A stretch of 64,000 bases of DNA from Candidatus Doudnabacteria bacterium RIFCSPHIGHO2_12_FULL_48_16 (GCA_001780035.1 MFEY01000007.1:331146-395145); one strand, 5' to 3'; shown: positions 1 through 10,244, counted from the first letter of the stretch. Notes: generated by a model from the letters alone, not told the origin. Translations and numbers: made by a program.

Positions 1-56
1 GCTTGGGCCAGACGCTGGATCAGGGTTTGTAAAATATTATTCGACGGGTTATTCAT
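1..56 (-). CDS. N-terminal fragment of a gene that runs off the left edge (hypothetical)
   Basis: Reverse complement of 1-56 reads ATG AAT AAC CCG..., translating to MNNPSNNILQTLIQRLAQA with no stop before the window edge. Only 18 codons are visible. Confidence 0.25.
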   Translation of the reverse strand, partial: MNNPSNNILQTLIQRLAQ

Positions 57-121
57 ATTTGAAATAATCATAGTAATATAGTAGATTTTACTTCTTAAGT
101 CAACCTCGTTAAAATGACTCT

Positions 122-541
122 ATGGCCAGTTACAAAAACCTCGACCTAAAACAGCTCCACCGCCTGGCGGCCGCCCTGGCTCTAACGCTTAAGGGCCGTG
201 GCGCCACCATCGGCCTAACCGGAACCTTGGGCGCGGGCAAAACAACCTTTGTCCAAGGCTTTGCCAAAGCTCTGGGGATCAAAAAAATTTCCAGCCCGAC
301 ATTTGTGATTCGGCACGATCACCGGGCCAGACGATCCAATCTTTATCATCTGGATTTTTACCGGCTGACCAAAGCCAGCCAGCTTAAAAATTTGGGACTC
401 ATGGAACTGTTGGGCCGGAACAATTTGATTCTGATTGAGTGGGTGGAAAAATTTTCGAAAATTGAAAAGCTCTGCGACATTGTTGTTACGTTTAAGATTA
501 AACCCGGAAACGTCCGTGACATTACCATCAAAGCTAATTAA
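122..541 (+). CDS. tsaE: tRNA threonylcarbamoyladenosine biosynthesis protein TsaE (YjeE-type P-loop ATPase)
   Basis: 139-aa ORF with the Walker A motif GLTGTLGAGKTTFVQGFAKALG, which is typical of TsaE/YjeE. Confidence 0.85.
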   Translation: MASYKNLDLKQLHRLAAALALTLKGRGATIGLTGTLGAGKTTFVQGFAKALGIKKISSPTFVIRHDHRARRSNLYHLDFYRLTKASQLKNLGLMELLGRNNLILIEWVEKFSKIEKLCDIVVTFKIKPGNVRDITIKAN

Positions 542-578
542 AGCCTGTTTGATCGCCGCACCCCTGTTTTTGGCGCCG

Positions 579-1664
579 ATGTTTGCCCATGCCGCAACTT
601 TTGCCTTCAACAATCAAACCTGGGAGATTGCGGTCCAGGTCGACAACTACACGCCACAGCTTTTGACCCGCAATGACGGGGATCTGGCAATTTTGGCGCG
701 GGCCGTTTTGTTTGGGCAGACCAATTTGCCAACAGCCGGTCTATTTGCCCCCACCACCATTAAGGAAGTCATGAAACTCCCTGCCCAAATCAACCAGCAG
801 TCGGCCGGGGCCGAGCTGACGATTGAAAATAAACGGGCCACGCACTTTATCCCCGGACAAAACGGACAAGCGCTCGATCTCTATGCTCTGCGCCAGCAAC
901 TGCTCGCCGACGGGTCCCAGCCGCTGCCGGTCCTGATTTCGGAGCCAACTGTTAAGCTTGCCAGCACCAATATCCTTGGAATTAATGAACTCGTGGCGAT
1001 CGGCGAATCAAACTTCAGCGGCTCACCCAGAAACCGTATCCACAATATCGCCGTGGGCGCAGACAAATTTGACGGTTTGATTGTGGCGCCGGGGCAAGAA
1101 TTCTCATTCAATAAATATCTGGGCGACGTCGACGCGGAACACGGGTTCCTGCCGGAGCTGGTGATTAAACCGGGAGGGGTGACGCCGGAATTCGGCGGCG
1201 GGCTGTGCCAGGTCTCTTCCACCACCTTCCGCGCGGCCATGAATGCCGGCCTGCCGATCACCGCTAGGCGCAATCATTCATTCGCCGTCCAATACTATGC
1301 GCCCCAAGGCACCGATGCCACAATTTACCCCGGCTCGGCGGACTTAAAATTCATCAATGACCTGCCCACTAGCCTGCTGATCCACACCAAAATTGTAGGC
1401 CGCAAACTTTATTTTGAATTTTATGGTACCAAGGACAGCCGGACCATAACCTTTGACGGCCCCACACAATATGACAAAAAACCTGACGGCTCCATGAAAG
1501 CAACCTGGACCAAACATGTCACCAAAAACGGCCAGCTCGTCACCCAAGTCTTCAAAAGCACCTATCTGCCGCCTGCGCTGTTCCACCGTGACGCAGTCGA
1601 ACAACCCTCCACCCCCAACCCGGAAACGCCGACCACCCCTATCACCCCACCATTAACCCAATAA
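579..1664 (+). CDS. VanW-family protein
   Basis: Contains the conserved VanW core GQEFSFNKYLGDVDAEHGFLPELVIKPGGVTPEFGGGLCQVSSTTFRAAMNAGLPI. The start was moved to the in-frame ATG at 579 so that it does not overlap tsaE. Confidence 0.7.
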   Translation: MFAHAATFAFNNQTWEIAVQVDNYTPQLLTRNDGDLAILARAVLFGQTNLPTAGLFAPTTIKEVMKLPAQINQQSAGAELTIENKRATHFIPGQNGQALDLYALRQQLLADGSQPLPVLISEPTVKLASTNILGINELVAIGESNFSGSPRNRIHNIAVGADKFDGLIVAPGQEFSFNKYLGDVDAEHGFLPELVIKPGGVTPEFGGGLCQVSSTTFRAAMNAGLPITARRNHSFAVQYYAPQGTDATIYPGSADLKFINDLPTSLLIHTKIVGRKLYFEFYGTKDSRTITFDGPTQYDKKPDGSMKATWTKHVTKNGQLVTQVFKSTYLPPALFHRDAVEQPSTPNPETPTTPITPPLTQ

Positions 1665-1666
1665 CC

Positions 1667-2908
1667 ATGTTTACTTTTCACCCCGATCAAAAAATACTCA
1701 ACCGCTACGCGCAAGTTCTCGTCCGGTTTGCCCTCGGTGGCGGGAAGGGCATCAAACGCGGAGAAGTCGTCCGCGTCAGCGCCAACGAATCAGCCCGGCC
1801 GCTATTTTTGGCTGTGTGCAACGCTGTCGTCGACGCGGGTGGCCATGTCATCTCCCACTACGCGCCGGATGATGAACAAGGCGACAAGCGCCGCAATGAA
1901 AGCTATACCCGATATTTTTATGAACAAGCGGAACAGCATCAATTGGATTTTTTTCCGGACAAATATCTTAAAGGTTTGATGAACCAGATGGATCACTCAA
2001 TCTTCCTGCTCTCAACCAATGATCCCCATGCCCTCCGGGGAGTGGACCCGAAAAAAATTATGCGTCGTGGCGTCGCCCTCAAACCGTTTATGGATTGGCG
2101 AAATGAAAAAGAGTGGGCCGGGAAATTTACTTGGACCATTGCCTTGTATGGCACGGCCGCCATGGCCGCCGAAGCCGGGCTGTCAGAAAAAGCATATTGG
2201 AATCAAATCATCAAGGCGTGCTTCCTGGATCACCCCAATCCGGTCGCGAAATGGAAACAAATTTACCGCGAATTAGAAAAATATCGAACCAAGCTCAACA
2301 AGCTCGCACCCCAGACCGAATCGCTCCACGCGGTGGGGCCAGATATGGATTTATGGGTCAAGCTGGGCGAGAAACGCCAGTGGCTCGGCGGCAGCGGGCG
2401 CAATATTCCCAGTTTTGAGCTCTTTACTTCGCCGGATTGGCGCGGCACCGAGGGCTGGATTCGCTTCAACCAACCCCTCTATCGCTATAGCAATAAAATT
2501 ACCGGCATCCAACTGTGGTTTAAAAACGGCCGGGTGGTGAAAAGCTCCGCCAAGTCGAATGAAAAATTGTTAAAACAAATGATCGCGACTCCGGGCGCAG
2601 ACCGGATTGGTGAATACTCTTTGACTGACCGGCGGTTTTCCCGCATCACCAAATTTATGGCGGAAACCCTCTTCGATGAAAATATGGGCGGTCCTCAAGG
2701 CAACACCCACCTCGCTCTCGGCATGTCCTATCGGGACACCTATGCCGGCGACGCCGCGAAGCTGACCAAAAAACAAGCTCTGGCGCTGGGATTTAACGAC
2801 TCCTCGGTGCATACGGATATCATCTCCACCACCCCTCGTGTTGTCACCGCGCACCTCAAAAACGGCTCCCGCAAAATTATTTACGCCAATGGCCAATTTG
2901 TCTTGTAA
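1667..2908 (+). CDS. Aminopeptidase, M29 (AmpS/PepS) family
   Basis: 413-aa ORF whose N-terminus MFTFHPDQKILNRYAQVLVRFALGGGKGIKRGEVVRVSA matches thermophilic-metalloprotease (M29) aminopeptidases. Confidence 0.65.
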   Translation: MFTFHPDQKILNRYAQVLVRFALGGGKGIKRGEVVRVSANESARPLFLAVCNAVVDAGGHVISHYAPDDEQGDKRRNESYTRYFYEQAEQHQLDFFPDKYLKGLMNQMDHSIFLLSTNDPHALRGVDPKKIMRRGVALKPFMDWRNEKEWAGKFTWTIALYGTAAMAAEAGLSEKAYWNQIIKACFLDHPNPVAKWKQIYRELEKYRTKLNKLAPQTESLHAVGPDMDLWVKLGEKRQWLGGSGRNIPSFELFTSPDWRGTEGWIRFNQPLYRYSNKITGIQLWFKNGRVVKSSAKSNEKLLKQMIATPGADRIGEYSLTDRRFSRITKFMAETLFDENMGGPQGNTHLALGMSYRDTYAGDAAKLTKKQALALGFNDSSVHTDIISTTPRVVTAHLKNGSRKIIYANGQFVL

Positions 2909-2943
2909 TTACCAGGCACGAGGACTAGTGCTATACTTAAATC

Positions 2944-3981
2944 ATGATTGAAACCAACGAAATAGAAACTGATATTATAAATCCCGTCTCAATGCCTGAC
3001 GAGAGCTTGTTTGAGGCAACTCTACGGCCCCAGAAACTCGCCGAATATGTGGGCCAGGAAAAAATCAAGGAAAATCTAAAAATTTTGATTGACGCTGCCC
3101 GCGGTCGCAAAGAAACTCTAGAGCATATTTTATTCTACGGCCCCCCAGGCTTGGGCAAAACCACGCTGGCCCACATCATCGGCCGGGAAGTCGGCGTCAA
3201 TGTCAAAGTCACCTCCGGCCCGGCCATCGAAAAAGCCGGAGATCTGGCCTCAATCCTGACCAATTTGGCGGAAAATGATATTTTGTTCATCGACGAAATC
3301 CACCGCCTGAACAAAACCGTGGAAGAAATTTTGTATCCCGCCATGGAAGATTATTGCCTCGACATTGTCCTCGGTAAGGGCGCGGGGGCGAAAGCAGTTC
3401 GCCTCGACATGCCCAAATTTACCCTGATTGGGGCGACCACCCGGATCGGCCTGCTGACCGGCCCGTTCCGCGACCGGTTCGGCATGACTTACCGCCTGGA
3501 TTATTACGAGGAACCGGAGATCGAGAGAATTATCGGCCGGGCCGCCAAAATTTTAAATATCGGCATTGATGACCCCGGCAAAAAAGAAATCGCCAAGCGC
3601 TCCCGCCGCACGCCGCGCATCGCCAACCGGCTGCTGAAGCGCGTGCGGGATTTTGCCCAGGTCAAAGCCGCAGGCAAGATTACCGAAGACATCGCCCATC
3701 AAGCCCTGTCCATGATGGAAGTGGATGAATTGGGTCTGGATCAAAACGACCGGCGGATTTTGGAAGCCTTGATCGAAAAATTCGGCGGCGGCCCCACCGG
3801 CATCTCATCCATCGCCGCGGCCACGTCGGAAGACCAAGGCACGATCGAAGATATTTACGAACCCTACCTACTCCGCTTGGGCCTGATTGAGCGCACCCCC
3901 AAGGGCCGGGTCGCCACCCCTGCCGCTTACGATCATCTCAAAAAACCGGTCAAGAAACCGGCCGGGCAAACTCTTTTATAA
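2944..3981 (+). CDS. ruvB: Holliday junction branch-migration helicase RuvB
   Basis: 345 aa with the AAA+ Walker A motif [14 protein letters not shown], the sensor region and the RuvB C-terminal winged helix. Confidence 0.95.
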   Translation: MIETNEIETDIINPVSMPDESLFEATLRPQKLAEYVGQEKIKENLKILIDAARGRKETLEHILFYGPPGLGKTTLAHIIGREVGVNVKVTSGPAIEKAGDLASILTNLAENDILFIDEIHRLNKTVEEILYPAMEDYCLDIVLGKGAGAKAVRLDMPKFTLIGATTRIGLLTGPFRDRFGMTYRLDYYEEPEIERIIGRAAKILNIGIDDPGKKEIAKRSRRTPRIANRLLKRVRDFAQVKAAGKITEDIAHQALSMMEVDELGLDQNDRRILEALIEKFGGGPTGISSIAAATSEDQGTIEDIYEPYLLRLGLIERTPKGRVATPAAYDHLKKPVKKPAGQTLL

Positions 3982-3988
3982 ATTTCTT

Positions 3989-4216
3989 ATGACTCCTGAC
4001 ATTTACCAACCCACCACTCTCGGCCATACGATTTTGGCTTTGGCGTTTTACGTTTTGATGGCTGGGTTTGTGATTTACAGCCTCGTGGCGCTTTATTCGC
4101 TGCTGCGGTTTGGTCGCTCCATGATTCTTGCCATTATCGTCGCGCTGCTCTACCTAATTATCTCGGCCAGCCTCTACGCGGCGGCCGTCGGCAATCTTAA
4201 CGGCATTAAGTTTTAG
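3989..4216 (+). CDS. Small hydrophobic membrane protein (hypothetical)
   Basis: In-frame ATG 8 nt after the ruvB stop. 75 aa with two predicted transmembrane helices (MTPDIYQPTTLGHTILALAFYVLMAGFVIYSLV...). Confidence 0.4.
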   Translation: MTPDIYQPTTLGHTILALAFYVLMAGFVIYSLVALYSLLRFGRSMILAIIVALLYLIISASLYAAAVGNLNGIKF

Positions 4217-4222
4217 AATCCT

Positions 4223-4792
4223 ATGTATTGGCCGAAGTTCAAACGAACCATTATGTTTCCGGGGCAGCAAGCCGACGAAGAAGTGCTGCTCGTGGTACGC
4301 GAGCACTGGCTGGTTTTTCTAACCAAGCTGCTGGCTTGGCTGATGTTCGCCGCTTTTTTAATGCTCGGTGATTGGGCGATCAATGTTTACGCCCCGGTCC
4401 TTAATACCGCCCCTTATCTTGGCTACGTCAATCTGCTTAAAAGCATCTACTTGATGTTTCTCGTACTCGGCCTGCTAATCCTCTGGGTCATGTATTATCT
4501 CAATATTCAGATTGTGACCAACCAGCGAATCGTGGATATTACCCAGCGCTCGCTCATCCACCATACGATTTCGGAATTGCATCTGAGCCGGATCGAGGAT
4601 GTGACGGCGGAAGTTTCCGGCATCTTTGGCACCTTCCTCGACTACGGCAACGTCTACATCCAGACCGCGGGCGAAACCGAACGGTTTACCTTTAACAAAG
4701 TCCCCAACCCGCAGCGGATCGAAAAAATGATCCTCGATCTTTACGAACAGCTGCCGGAAGACCTCAGGGGCCACCCCCACGAAAAAAAATAA
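4223..4792 (+). CDS. Membrane protein with bacterial PH (bPH_2 / YdbS-like, DUF304) domain
   Basis: N-terminal transmembrane hairpin followed by ...GTFLDYGNVYIQTAGETERFTFNKVPNPQRIEKMI, a typical bPH_2 fold signature. Confidence 0.55.
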   Translation: MYWPKFKRTIMFPGQQADEEVLLVVREHWLVFLTKLLAWLMFAAFLMLGDWAINVYAPVLNTAPYLGYVNLLKSIYLMFLVLGLLILWVMYYLNIQIVTNQRIVDITQRSLIHHTISELHLSRIEDVTAEVSGIFGTFLDYGNVYIQTAGETERFTFNKVPNPQRIEKMILDLYEQLPEDLRGHPHEKK

Positions 4793-4797
4793 AAAAC

Positions 4798-4826
4798 AAA
4801 CCGCCTCAACGGCGGTTTTATTTTAG
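4798..4826. terminator. Bidirectional intrinsic terminator between the bPH gene and recF
   Basis: AAACCGCC-tcaac-GGCGGTTT hairpin flanked by A-run and T-run. Confidence 0.6.
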
Positions 4827-5882
4827 CTGGTTATTTTCAACCTTAAAGATCTGCACATCCTTGGCGAGTTTTGGCAAATGATGTTCTTCCGTAGTTGTGA
4901 TAAAAATTTGATGGCCGGTTAACGTTTCCAGCAATTTCGTCCGGCGAATTTCATCGAGTTCGGAAAACACATCGTCCAGTAGGATGACCGGCTTACTCTC
5001 ACCATTCGTTAAATATTCGGCCTGCAGTAACTTGAGTGCCAAAATCTGGGCGCGCAATTCGCCGCGGGAGGAATTATAAATATTCAGTTCCCCATTTTTT
5101 TTGATCAAAAAATCATCCCGATGCGGGCCCAGCAAATTTTTACCAGCCCGGATTTCCGCCGGCTCCAACCGGCCCAGTTCCGCCAAAAATTCATTCTCGT
5201 TCGCGAACCGGTTAGCGCTTACAAATTCAATCTGATATATATGATCAAAGTTGGTGAGGTCACGGTTGACCTGATTAAAGCGGCGGTTCAAAAACCCGAT
5301 CAGTTCTGTGCGCTTGACCCAAATAGTTAGGGCTGTTTTGGCCAATTCCAGGTTCCAATAATCAAGCTCGCTCCTTTGACCCTCCCCGCGCCCCAGCAGC
5401 TGCAGGAGCGCTCCACGCTGCTTCAAGACATGCTCTAGCGAAGACAGACTCAGCACATACAGGGAGTCCCGCTGGCCGAGCACCTCGTCCAGATATTTGC
5501 GGCGGAAGACGGGACCCAAAATGAACAAATTCAAATCATTGGGGACGAACAGCACGGTAGCGAAAGTTTGCCACAAGCTCCGTTTCGTTTTTTGGCCATC
5601 GAGTTTAAATGAGCGCTTAACCAAACCGGACTTTTGGACCACGGTTTCCATCTGCCGGTTGCCCGCTCGGCCCTGGAGAGCAAAATAATCTTCCCGGTGG
5701 TTGATCAGCAGCTCATCCGGAGCGCGGAATGACCTGAGGCGCGACAAAAAATAAATGCTTTCGAGCAGGTTGGTCTTGCCGGACGCATTGGCTCCCAATA
5801 TCAAAACGAGGTCAGAGTTGAAACTGACCTCAAGGTTTTGATAGTTACGGAAATTTTTTAAAACCAGATTGGTTAATCTCAT
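4818..5882 (-). CDS. recF: DNA replication and repair protein RecF
   Basis: N-terminus MRLTNLVLKNFRNYQNLEVSF...ILGANASGKTNLLESIYFLS (Walker A). It sits in the classic dnaA-dnaN-recF arrangement. Confidence 0.9.
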   Translation of the reverse strand: MRLTNLVLKNFRNYQNLEVSFNSDLVLILGANASGKTNLLESIYFLSRLRSFRAPDELLINHREDYFALQGRAGNRQMETVVQKSGLVKRSFKLDGQKTKRSLWQTFATVLFVPNDLNLFILGPVFRRKYLDEVLGQRDSLYVLSLSSLEHVLKQRGALLQLLGRGEGQRSELDYWNLELAKTALTIWVKRTELIGFLNRRFNQVNRDLTNFDHIYQIEFVSANRFANENEFLAELGRLEPAEIRAGKNLLGPHRDDFLIKKNGELNIYNSSRGELRAQILALKLLQAEYLTNGESKPVILLDDVFSELDEIRRTKLLETLTGHQIFITTTEEHHLPKLAKDVQIFKVENNQLK

Positions 5883-6983
5883 TTACAGTTTAATCGGCAT
5901 CACGATATACAAATAATTATCGCGCTTAATCGGCACAATCGCCGCCGGCGAGGAATCATTAATCATTTTGAAAATCACACCTTCCTCGGACAGGTTATTA
6001 AGACAATCCAGCAGATAGCGGAAATTAAAAACAGCGGAGTTGTCGCCCCCGGTAACTTTGGCCTTAACCTGCGTGGTATTTTCGCCGGCGGCCATGGAGG
6101 AGGCGGTGACGGTCAGACCGCTGTCCGGCCGAACTTCGATCGTGATGTTGTTCGAGTCCGGAGCAAACAAGGCTGTGGCTTTTAACGCATGTAGCAGGTC
6201 TTCGCGGGGGACTTCCACCATGGTTTTAAATTCTTTGGGAATAATCTGCCGGTAATCCGGGTATTGGCCGTCGATCAGGCGCGAGATTAGTTCAGTATCA
6301 TCAAATTTGAATAGGACTTGGGATTCGGAAAAATAAATTTCCACCACGCCTTTGCCTAGCCCCAAAATCTTATATAGCTCGCCAACCGTGCGGGCCGGGA
6401 TGATAACCTCTTTCTGGCTGCGGGCCGGCTCCAGGAGAGTTGCGGTACGCTCAGCCAACCGATACCGGTCAGTGGTCGCAATCCGGACGCGATCATTCTC
6501 AAAAGCCATGAATACGCCGGAAATTTCCGGTTGGGTTTCGTTGGCGGCAGCAGCCCAGGCGGTTTCGGACAAGGCGTTTTTGAGCTCCTGACTGTCGATT
6601 TTGGCCAACGGCTCTTCGGTCACCTGCGGGATCAGCGGAAAATCTTCAGATGAAAGGCCTTTGATACTGGTGTGGTAGTTCTCCGATTCCAGCTTCAGGG
6701 TATTGTTTTCTGTCGTTTCGATCTCAACTTTCTCGGTCGGCAGGTTATTAATATATTCATTAATAATCCGGGCTGGCACGGTGATCGCGCCCTCTTCTTC
6801 AATTTTGCCGCCGACCCAAGTGTTAACCCCAATTTCCAGATTGGTCGAAGACAGTTTAACCCGGCCCTCATCTGTTTTTATTAAAATATTATTCAAAACC
6901 TGAAGCGGATTACCAGATCCGACAATCCGGCTAACCGCAAATAAACCTTTCTTTAAATTATCCCGCGTGCAAGTTATTTTCAT
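5883..6983 (-). CDS. dnaN: DNA polymerase III beta sliding clamp DnaN
   Basis: MKITCTRDNLKKGLFAVSRIV... has the three-domain clamp architecture. The start was moved to the ATG at 6983, because the annotated ORF carries a 42-aa AT-rich N-terminal extension that is unlikely to be translated. Confidence 0.85.
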   Translation of the reverse strand: MKITCTRDNLKKGLFAVSRIVGSGNPLQVLNNILIKTDEGRVKLSSTNLEIGVNTWVGGKIEEEGAITVPARIINEYINNLPTEKVEIETTENNTLKLESENYHTSIKGLSSEDFPLIPQVTEEPLAKIDSQELKNALSETAWAAAANETQPEISGVFMAFENDRVRIATTDRYRLAERTATLLEPARSQKEVIIPARTVGELYKILGLGKGVVEIYFSESQVLFKFDDTELISRLIDGQYPDYRQIIPKEFKTMVEVPREDLLHALKATALFAPDSNNITIEVRPDSGLTVTASSMAAGENTTQVKAKVTGGDNSAVFNFRYLLDCLNNLSEEGVIFKMINDSSPAAIVPIKRDNYLYIVMPIKL

Positions 6984-7199
6984 AAAGAGTTTATAAAAAC
7001 AATAATGATAATAGAAGTTGTGGTTTTGTGTAAAAGATTTATTTATCCGATTTTTGTTCGAGGTATTTGGTTTAAAAAATTTAACGAACTGTCTGTAAGC
7101 TGTGAACAAGATTCTGACAAGTTTTGTTTTTGGAAACTAAATATTTTTTTATTCAATTTCCTCCACAGCTTATTTGTTCTTACCCACAACATTTGAACA

Positions 7200-8537
7200 T
7201 CATATCAGATACAACCGGTCGCGGATTAAATCAATTTCCTGTTTGGTTGAACTTTTTTCTTTAATGATCCTCTCAATTTTATCAATCGCATGGATAACCG
7301 TGGTGTGGTCGCGCCCGCCAAACAAATCGCCGATCGACGGCAGGGAGGTTTCCAGTTCCTTGCGGATAATATACATGGCAATCTGGCGCGGGTTGACGTA
7401 TTCTTTCTTGCGGGATTGTTTGACCATATCATCGGTGGTGACGTTGTAAAAATCCGCCACCGCCTCAATGATTTTTTTGGCGGAAACCCCGCGTTTTTTG
7501 GGCGGGGTGATGACATTGACCAAAACACCCTTGACTTGATCGAGCGTTGGTTTGGTGTTGTTGAGCTGGCAATAAACCATCAGGCGGTTAAGCGCCCCTT
7601 CCAGTTCGCGGATATTGCTTTGGATGTTTTCGGCAATGTAATTGAGCACATCCGGATCGATATTGTAGTTTTTCTCCCGGGCTTTGGTTTTCAAAATCGC
7701 CAACCGGGTTTCCAGATCCGGTGATTGGATATCTGCAATCATCCCCCACTCAAACCGCGAGACCAGCCGCTCTTCGATGGCTGGAATTTCCTTGGGCAGC
7801 CGGTCGGAAGTCATGACCACCTGCTTGTTGTTCTGGTGCAGGGCATTGAAGGTATGAAAAAACTCTTCCTGGGTCCCTTCCCGGCCGGCCAGAAACTGAA
7901 TATCGTCCACCAGCAAGACGTCCACGTTGCGATAAGTGGACTTGAACTGGTCGGCGCGCCCTTGGGACAGGGCGGTCACAAAGTCGTTAGTGAATCGCTC
8001 AGAGGTAACATATAAGATTTTGGCTTCCGGCTCGCGCTTTAACACTTCTGCCCCAACCGCTTGCATCAAATGGGTTTTGCCCAGGCCGACGCCGCCGTAA
8101 ATGAAAAGCGGATTATAGACTGAGCCCGGTTTTTTGCTGACGGCCAGGCTGGCCGCGTGCGCGAGTTGGTTGTGGGACCCAACGATAAAGGTATTAAAGA
8201 CGTATTTGGGGTTGAGAGTTTGATTTTCGGCCCGTCGGGGAGCCACACGCGATGCTTCCCGGGACATGGATGGAGTAGTGGGGGCCGGGAAATTGTTGGC
8301 GATCTGGTATTTAATTTCTTTGATTTCCGGCAGGAGGGTTTTGGCGGCCCTGAGGATTTCGGGATTATATTTGTTCTGCAGCCATTCCTTGGTGAAGGCA
8401 TTGGGAACGCCAACAATCAGGCTGGAGTCTGCTTTTTCGGTGATGGTGGTGTTCTTGAACCAGGTGGTGAAGTTGGCTTTTGAAAGGGTTAATTCGAGAT
8501 TTCCGAGAATGGCTTGCCAGAGCTGTTGATTAGTCAT
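7200..8537 (-). CDS. dnaA: Chromosomal replication initiator DnaA
   Basis: 445 aa with N-terminal MTNQQLWQAILGNLELTL, the AAA+ motif GGVGLGKTHL and the C-terminal DnaA-box-binding domain. Confidence 0.95.
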   Translation of the reverse strand: MTNQQLWQAILGNLELTLSKANFTTWFKNTTITEKADSSLIVGVPNAFTKEWLQNKYNPEILRAAKTLLPEIKEIKYQIANNFPAPTTPSMSREASRVAPRRAENQTLNPKYVFNTFIVGSHNQLAHAASLAVSKKPGSVYNPLFIYGGVGLGKTHLMQAVGAEVLKREPEAKILYVTSERFTNDFVTALSQGRADQFKSTYRNVDVLLVDDIQFLAGREGTQEEFFHTFNALHQNNKQVVMTSDRLPKEIPAIEERLVSRFEWGMIADIQSPDLETRLAILKTKAREKNYNIDPDVLNYIAENIQSNIRELEGALNRLMVYCQLNNTKPTLDQVKGVLVNVITPPKKRGVSAKKIIEAVADFYNVTTDDMVKQSRKKEYVNPRQIAMYIIRKELETSLPSIGDLFGGRDHTTVIHAIDKIERIIKEKSSTKQEIDLIRDRLYLI

Positions 8538-8749
8538 AAAGGGGATTCTGAATAGGGGCTAAAAGTAAATCTTTACCCATTTTAACAGATAAGTTATCCC
8601 CACGTCCATTGAAATTTTTTGGCTAACTTAAGCTAAAAATATAAGCCATTGTTTATAATATGTGGATTACCGGTGTATTAGTCTCACCTACTCGTCCATT
8701 CGTGACAAAAATTGGAAATTATATTATAATCATGGGGTCATTTTAATGT
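8538..8749. promoter_or_regulatory. Candidate oriC region: the AT-rich dnaA/rpmH divergent intergenic region
   Basis: Position between divergent dnaA and rpmH. DnaA-box-like 9-mers with one mismatch: TTATCCCCA at 8593 and TGTGGATTA at 8660. Further near-matches lie in the dnaA-dnaN spacer (TTACCCACA near 7170). Confidence 0.4.
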
Positions 8750-8884
8750 ATGCAACCAACTTATAACCCCAAAAAGCTCCATCGCAAACGGGTCCATGGC
8801 TTCCGCAAACGGATGCGCACCGGCAACGGCCGGGCTGTGCTGTCCCGCCGCCGGGCCAAGGGCCGCAAACGCCTGACGGTTTAA
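8750..8884 (+). CDS. rpmH: 50S ribosomal protein L34
   Basis: [44 protein letters not shown]. It is 44 aa, so it falls below the ORF-track length cutoff. Confidence 0.85.
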   Translation: MQPTYNPKKLHRKRVHGFRKRMRTGNGRAVLSRRRAKGRKRLTV

Positions 8885-9222
8885 TGCCGAAGTTAACTCT
8901 TCTTAAAACTGAAAAAGATTTTTCAGCTTTTCGCAAAAGCCAATCCTATCACTCAAAGCTCCTAACGCTTCGTGTTCACTTTGCGGCAAACCAAAACTTT
9001 CCACGTTTTGGTTTTATTGTCCCCAAAAAGGTTCTGGCCAAAGCCACGGCGCGCAATTTGGTCAAACGCCGGATCAAAAACCTGCTGGTTAAGGTCCAGC
9101 CCCGGCTCAAACCGGCCGACCTGCTGTTCTTCCCGAAAGCCGGCCTGGTCAAGATCAAATTCGGAGAGCTGGAAGAGATCGTGAATAAATTATTTACCGA
9201 CGCGCGATTATGGAAATCCTAA
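8884..9222 (+). CDS. rnpA: RNase P protein component RnpA
   Basis: Start overlaps the rpmH stop (TAATG). Conserved RnpA core FGFIVPKKVLAKATARNLVKRRIK. Confidence 0.85.
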   Translation: MPKLTLLKTEKDFSAFRKSQSYHSKLLTLRVHFAANQNFPRFGFIVPKKVLAKATARNLVKRRIKNLLVKVQPRLKPADLLFFPKAGLVKIKFGELEEIVNKLFTDARLWKS

Positions 9223-9437
9223 AATCTGTCAGCAAATTTTTGGCCCTGCCGCTGGTCGGCCTGGTCGTGGTTTATCAGAAAACACTTTCACCCGACCATG
9301 GACCGCAGCAAATTTTGTATCCGTATGGCTACTGTCAGTTTTATCCGTCCTGTTCGGAGTTTGCCCGGTTAAGTTTATTAAACGACGGCTTGCTGTCCCT
9401 GCCGCAAATAATTAACCGGCTCATTCGCTGCCGCTAA
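9210..9437 (+). CDS. yidD: Membrane protein insertion efficiency factor YidD
   Basis: 75 aa with the YidD signature ...YQKTLSPDHGPQ...CQFYPSCSEFA. Confidence 0.8.
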   Translation: MEILKSVSKFLALPLVGLVVVYQKTLSPDHGPQQILYPYGYCQFYPSCSEFARLSLLNDGLLSLPQIINRLIRCR

Positions 9438-9441
9438 ATTT

Positions 9442-10140
9442 ATGTCATATTGGTTTAATTTAATTTTAGTTTATCCCCTGCTCAATCTGTTGGTCTTTTT
9501 TTATCACTATATTCCGGACATCGGGGTGGTGATTATTATTTTGACGGTGCTGACGCGGCTGTTGCTCCTGCCATCGTTTCACAAGCAGCTCAAAAGCCAG
9601 AAAGTCATGAATGAGCTGCAGCCAAGAATGACTGCTCTCAAAGAAAAACATAAGGACGACAAAGAAGCGCACGCTAAGGCCATGATGGAGCTTTACAAGG
9701 AACATAAAGTAAACCCCCTAAGCGCCTGCCTGCCGTTGCTTATTCAGCTGCCGATTTTAATTGCCCTCTACCAGGTCTTTATCCAGAGCCTCAATGGCAC
9801 CCAACTGCACGGTCTGTATTCCTTCATTGCCGATCCGGGCCAAATTAATCCCATGTTTTTGCACTGGATTAACCTCGGGGGCCGCAATGTCGCCATGGCG
9901 ATCGTTGCCGGTTTGCTCCAGTATTTTCAAAGCCGGCTGATGCTGCCCAAGCAGCAGAGCGCCGATACCACGACCAAGATGATGCAATACCAGACGCTCT
10001 ATTTCCTGCCAGCCGTGACGGTTTTTATCGGCATGCGGTTTCCGGCCGGTTTGACCCTCTACTGGATTGTTACCACCCTGTTTGGCATTGCCCAGCAATA
10101 TTATATTTTAAGAAGAGAAGTGCAACCGGTTAAGGTATGA
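9442..10140 (+). CDS. yidC: Membrane protein insertase YidC/Oxa1 family (short form)
   Basis: 232 aa, polytopic, with the conserved 60-kDa inner-membrane insertase C-terminal region. Canonical position after rnpA-yidD. Confidence 0.85.
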   Translation: MSYWFNLILVYPLLNLLVFFYHYIPDIGVVIIILTVLTRLLLLPSFHKQLKSQKVMNELQPRMTALKEKHKDDKEAHAKAMMELYKEHKVNPLSACLPLLIQLPILIALYQVFIQSLNGTQLHGLYSFIADPGQINPMFLHWINLGGRNVAMAIVAGLLQYFQSRLMLPKQQSADTTTKMMQYQTLYFLPAVTVFIGMRFPAGLTLYWIVTTLFGIAQQYYILRREVQPVKV

Positions 10141-10244
10141 ATCCCGTTATAAATTTTGCGTGGTTAACTACTGGCAAAAGCTATATTTTACGGGTTGATA
10201 ATAAAAATTATATATTATATTAACTAATCACTATTTCTAACGGG

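Noticed and set aside
5883-7109. Full 408-aa version of dnaN starting at 7109
   Set aside because: The first 42 codons are AT-rich, low-complexity (NKNRINKSFTQNHNFYYHYCFYK), and run into the dnaA-dnaN spacer. The conserved DnaN N-terminus begins at MKITCTRDNL, so the start was moved to 6983.
8730-8936. 68-aa minus-strand ORF
   Set aside because: It is antisense to rpmH/rnpA, whose identities are unambiguous.
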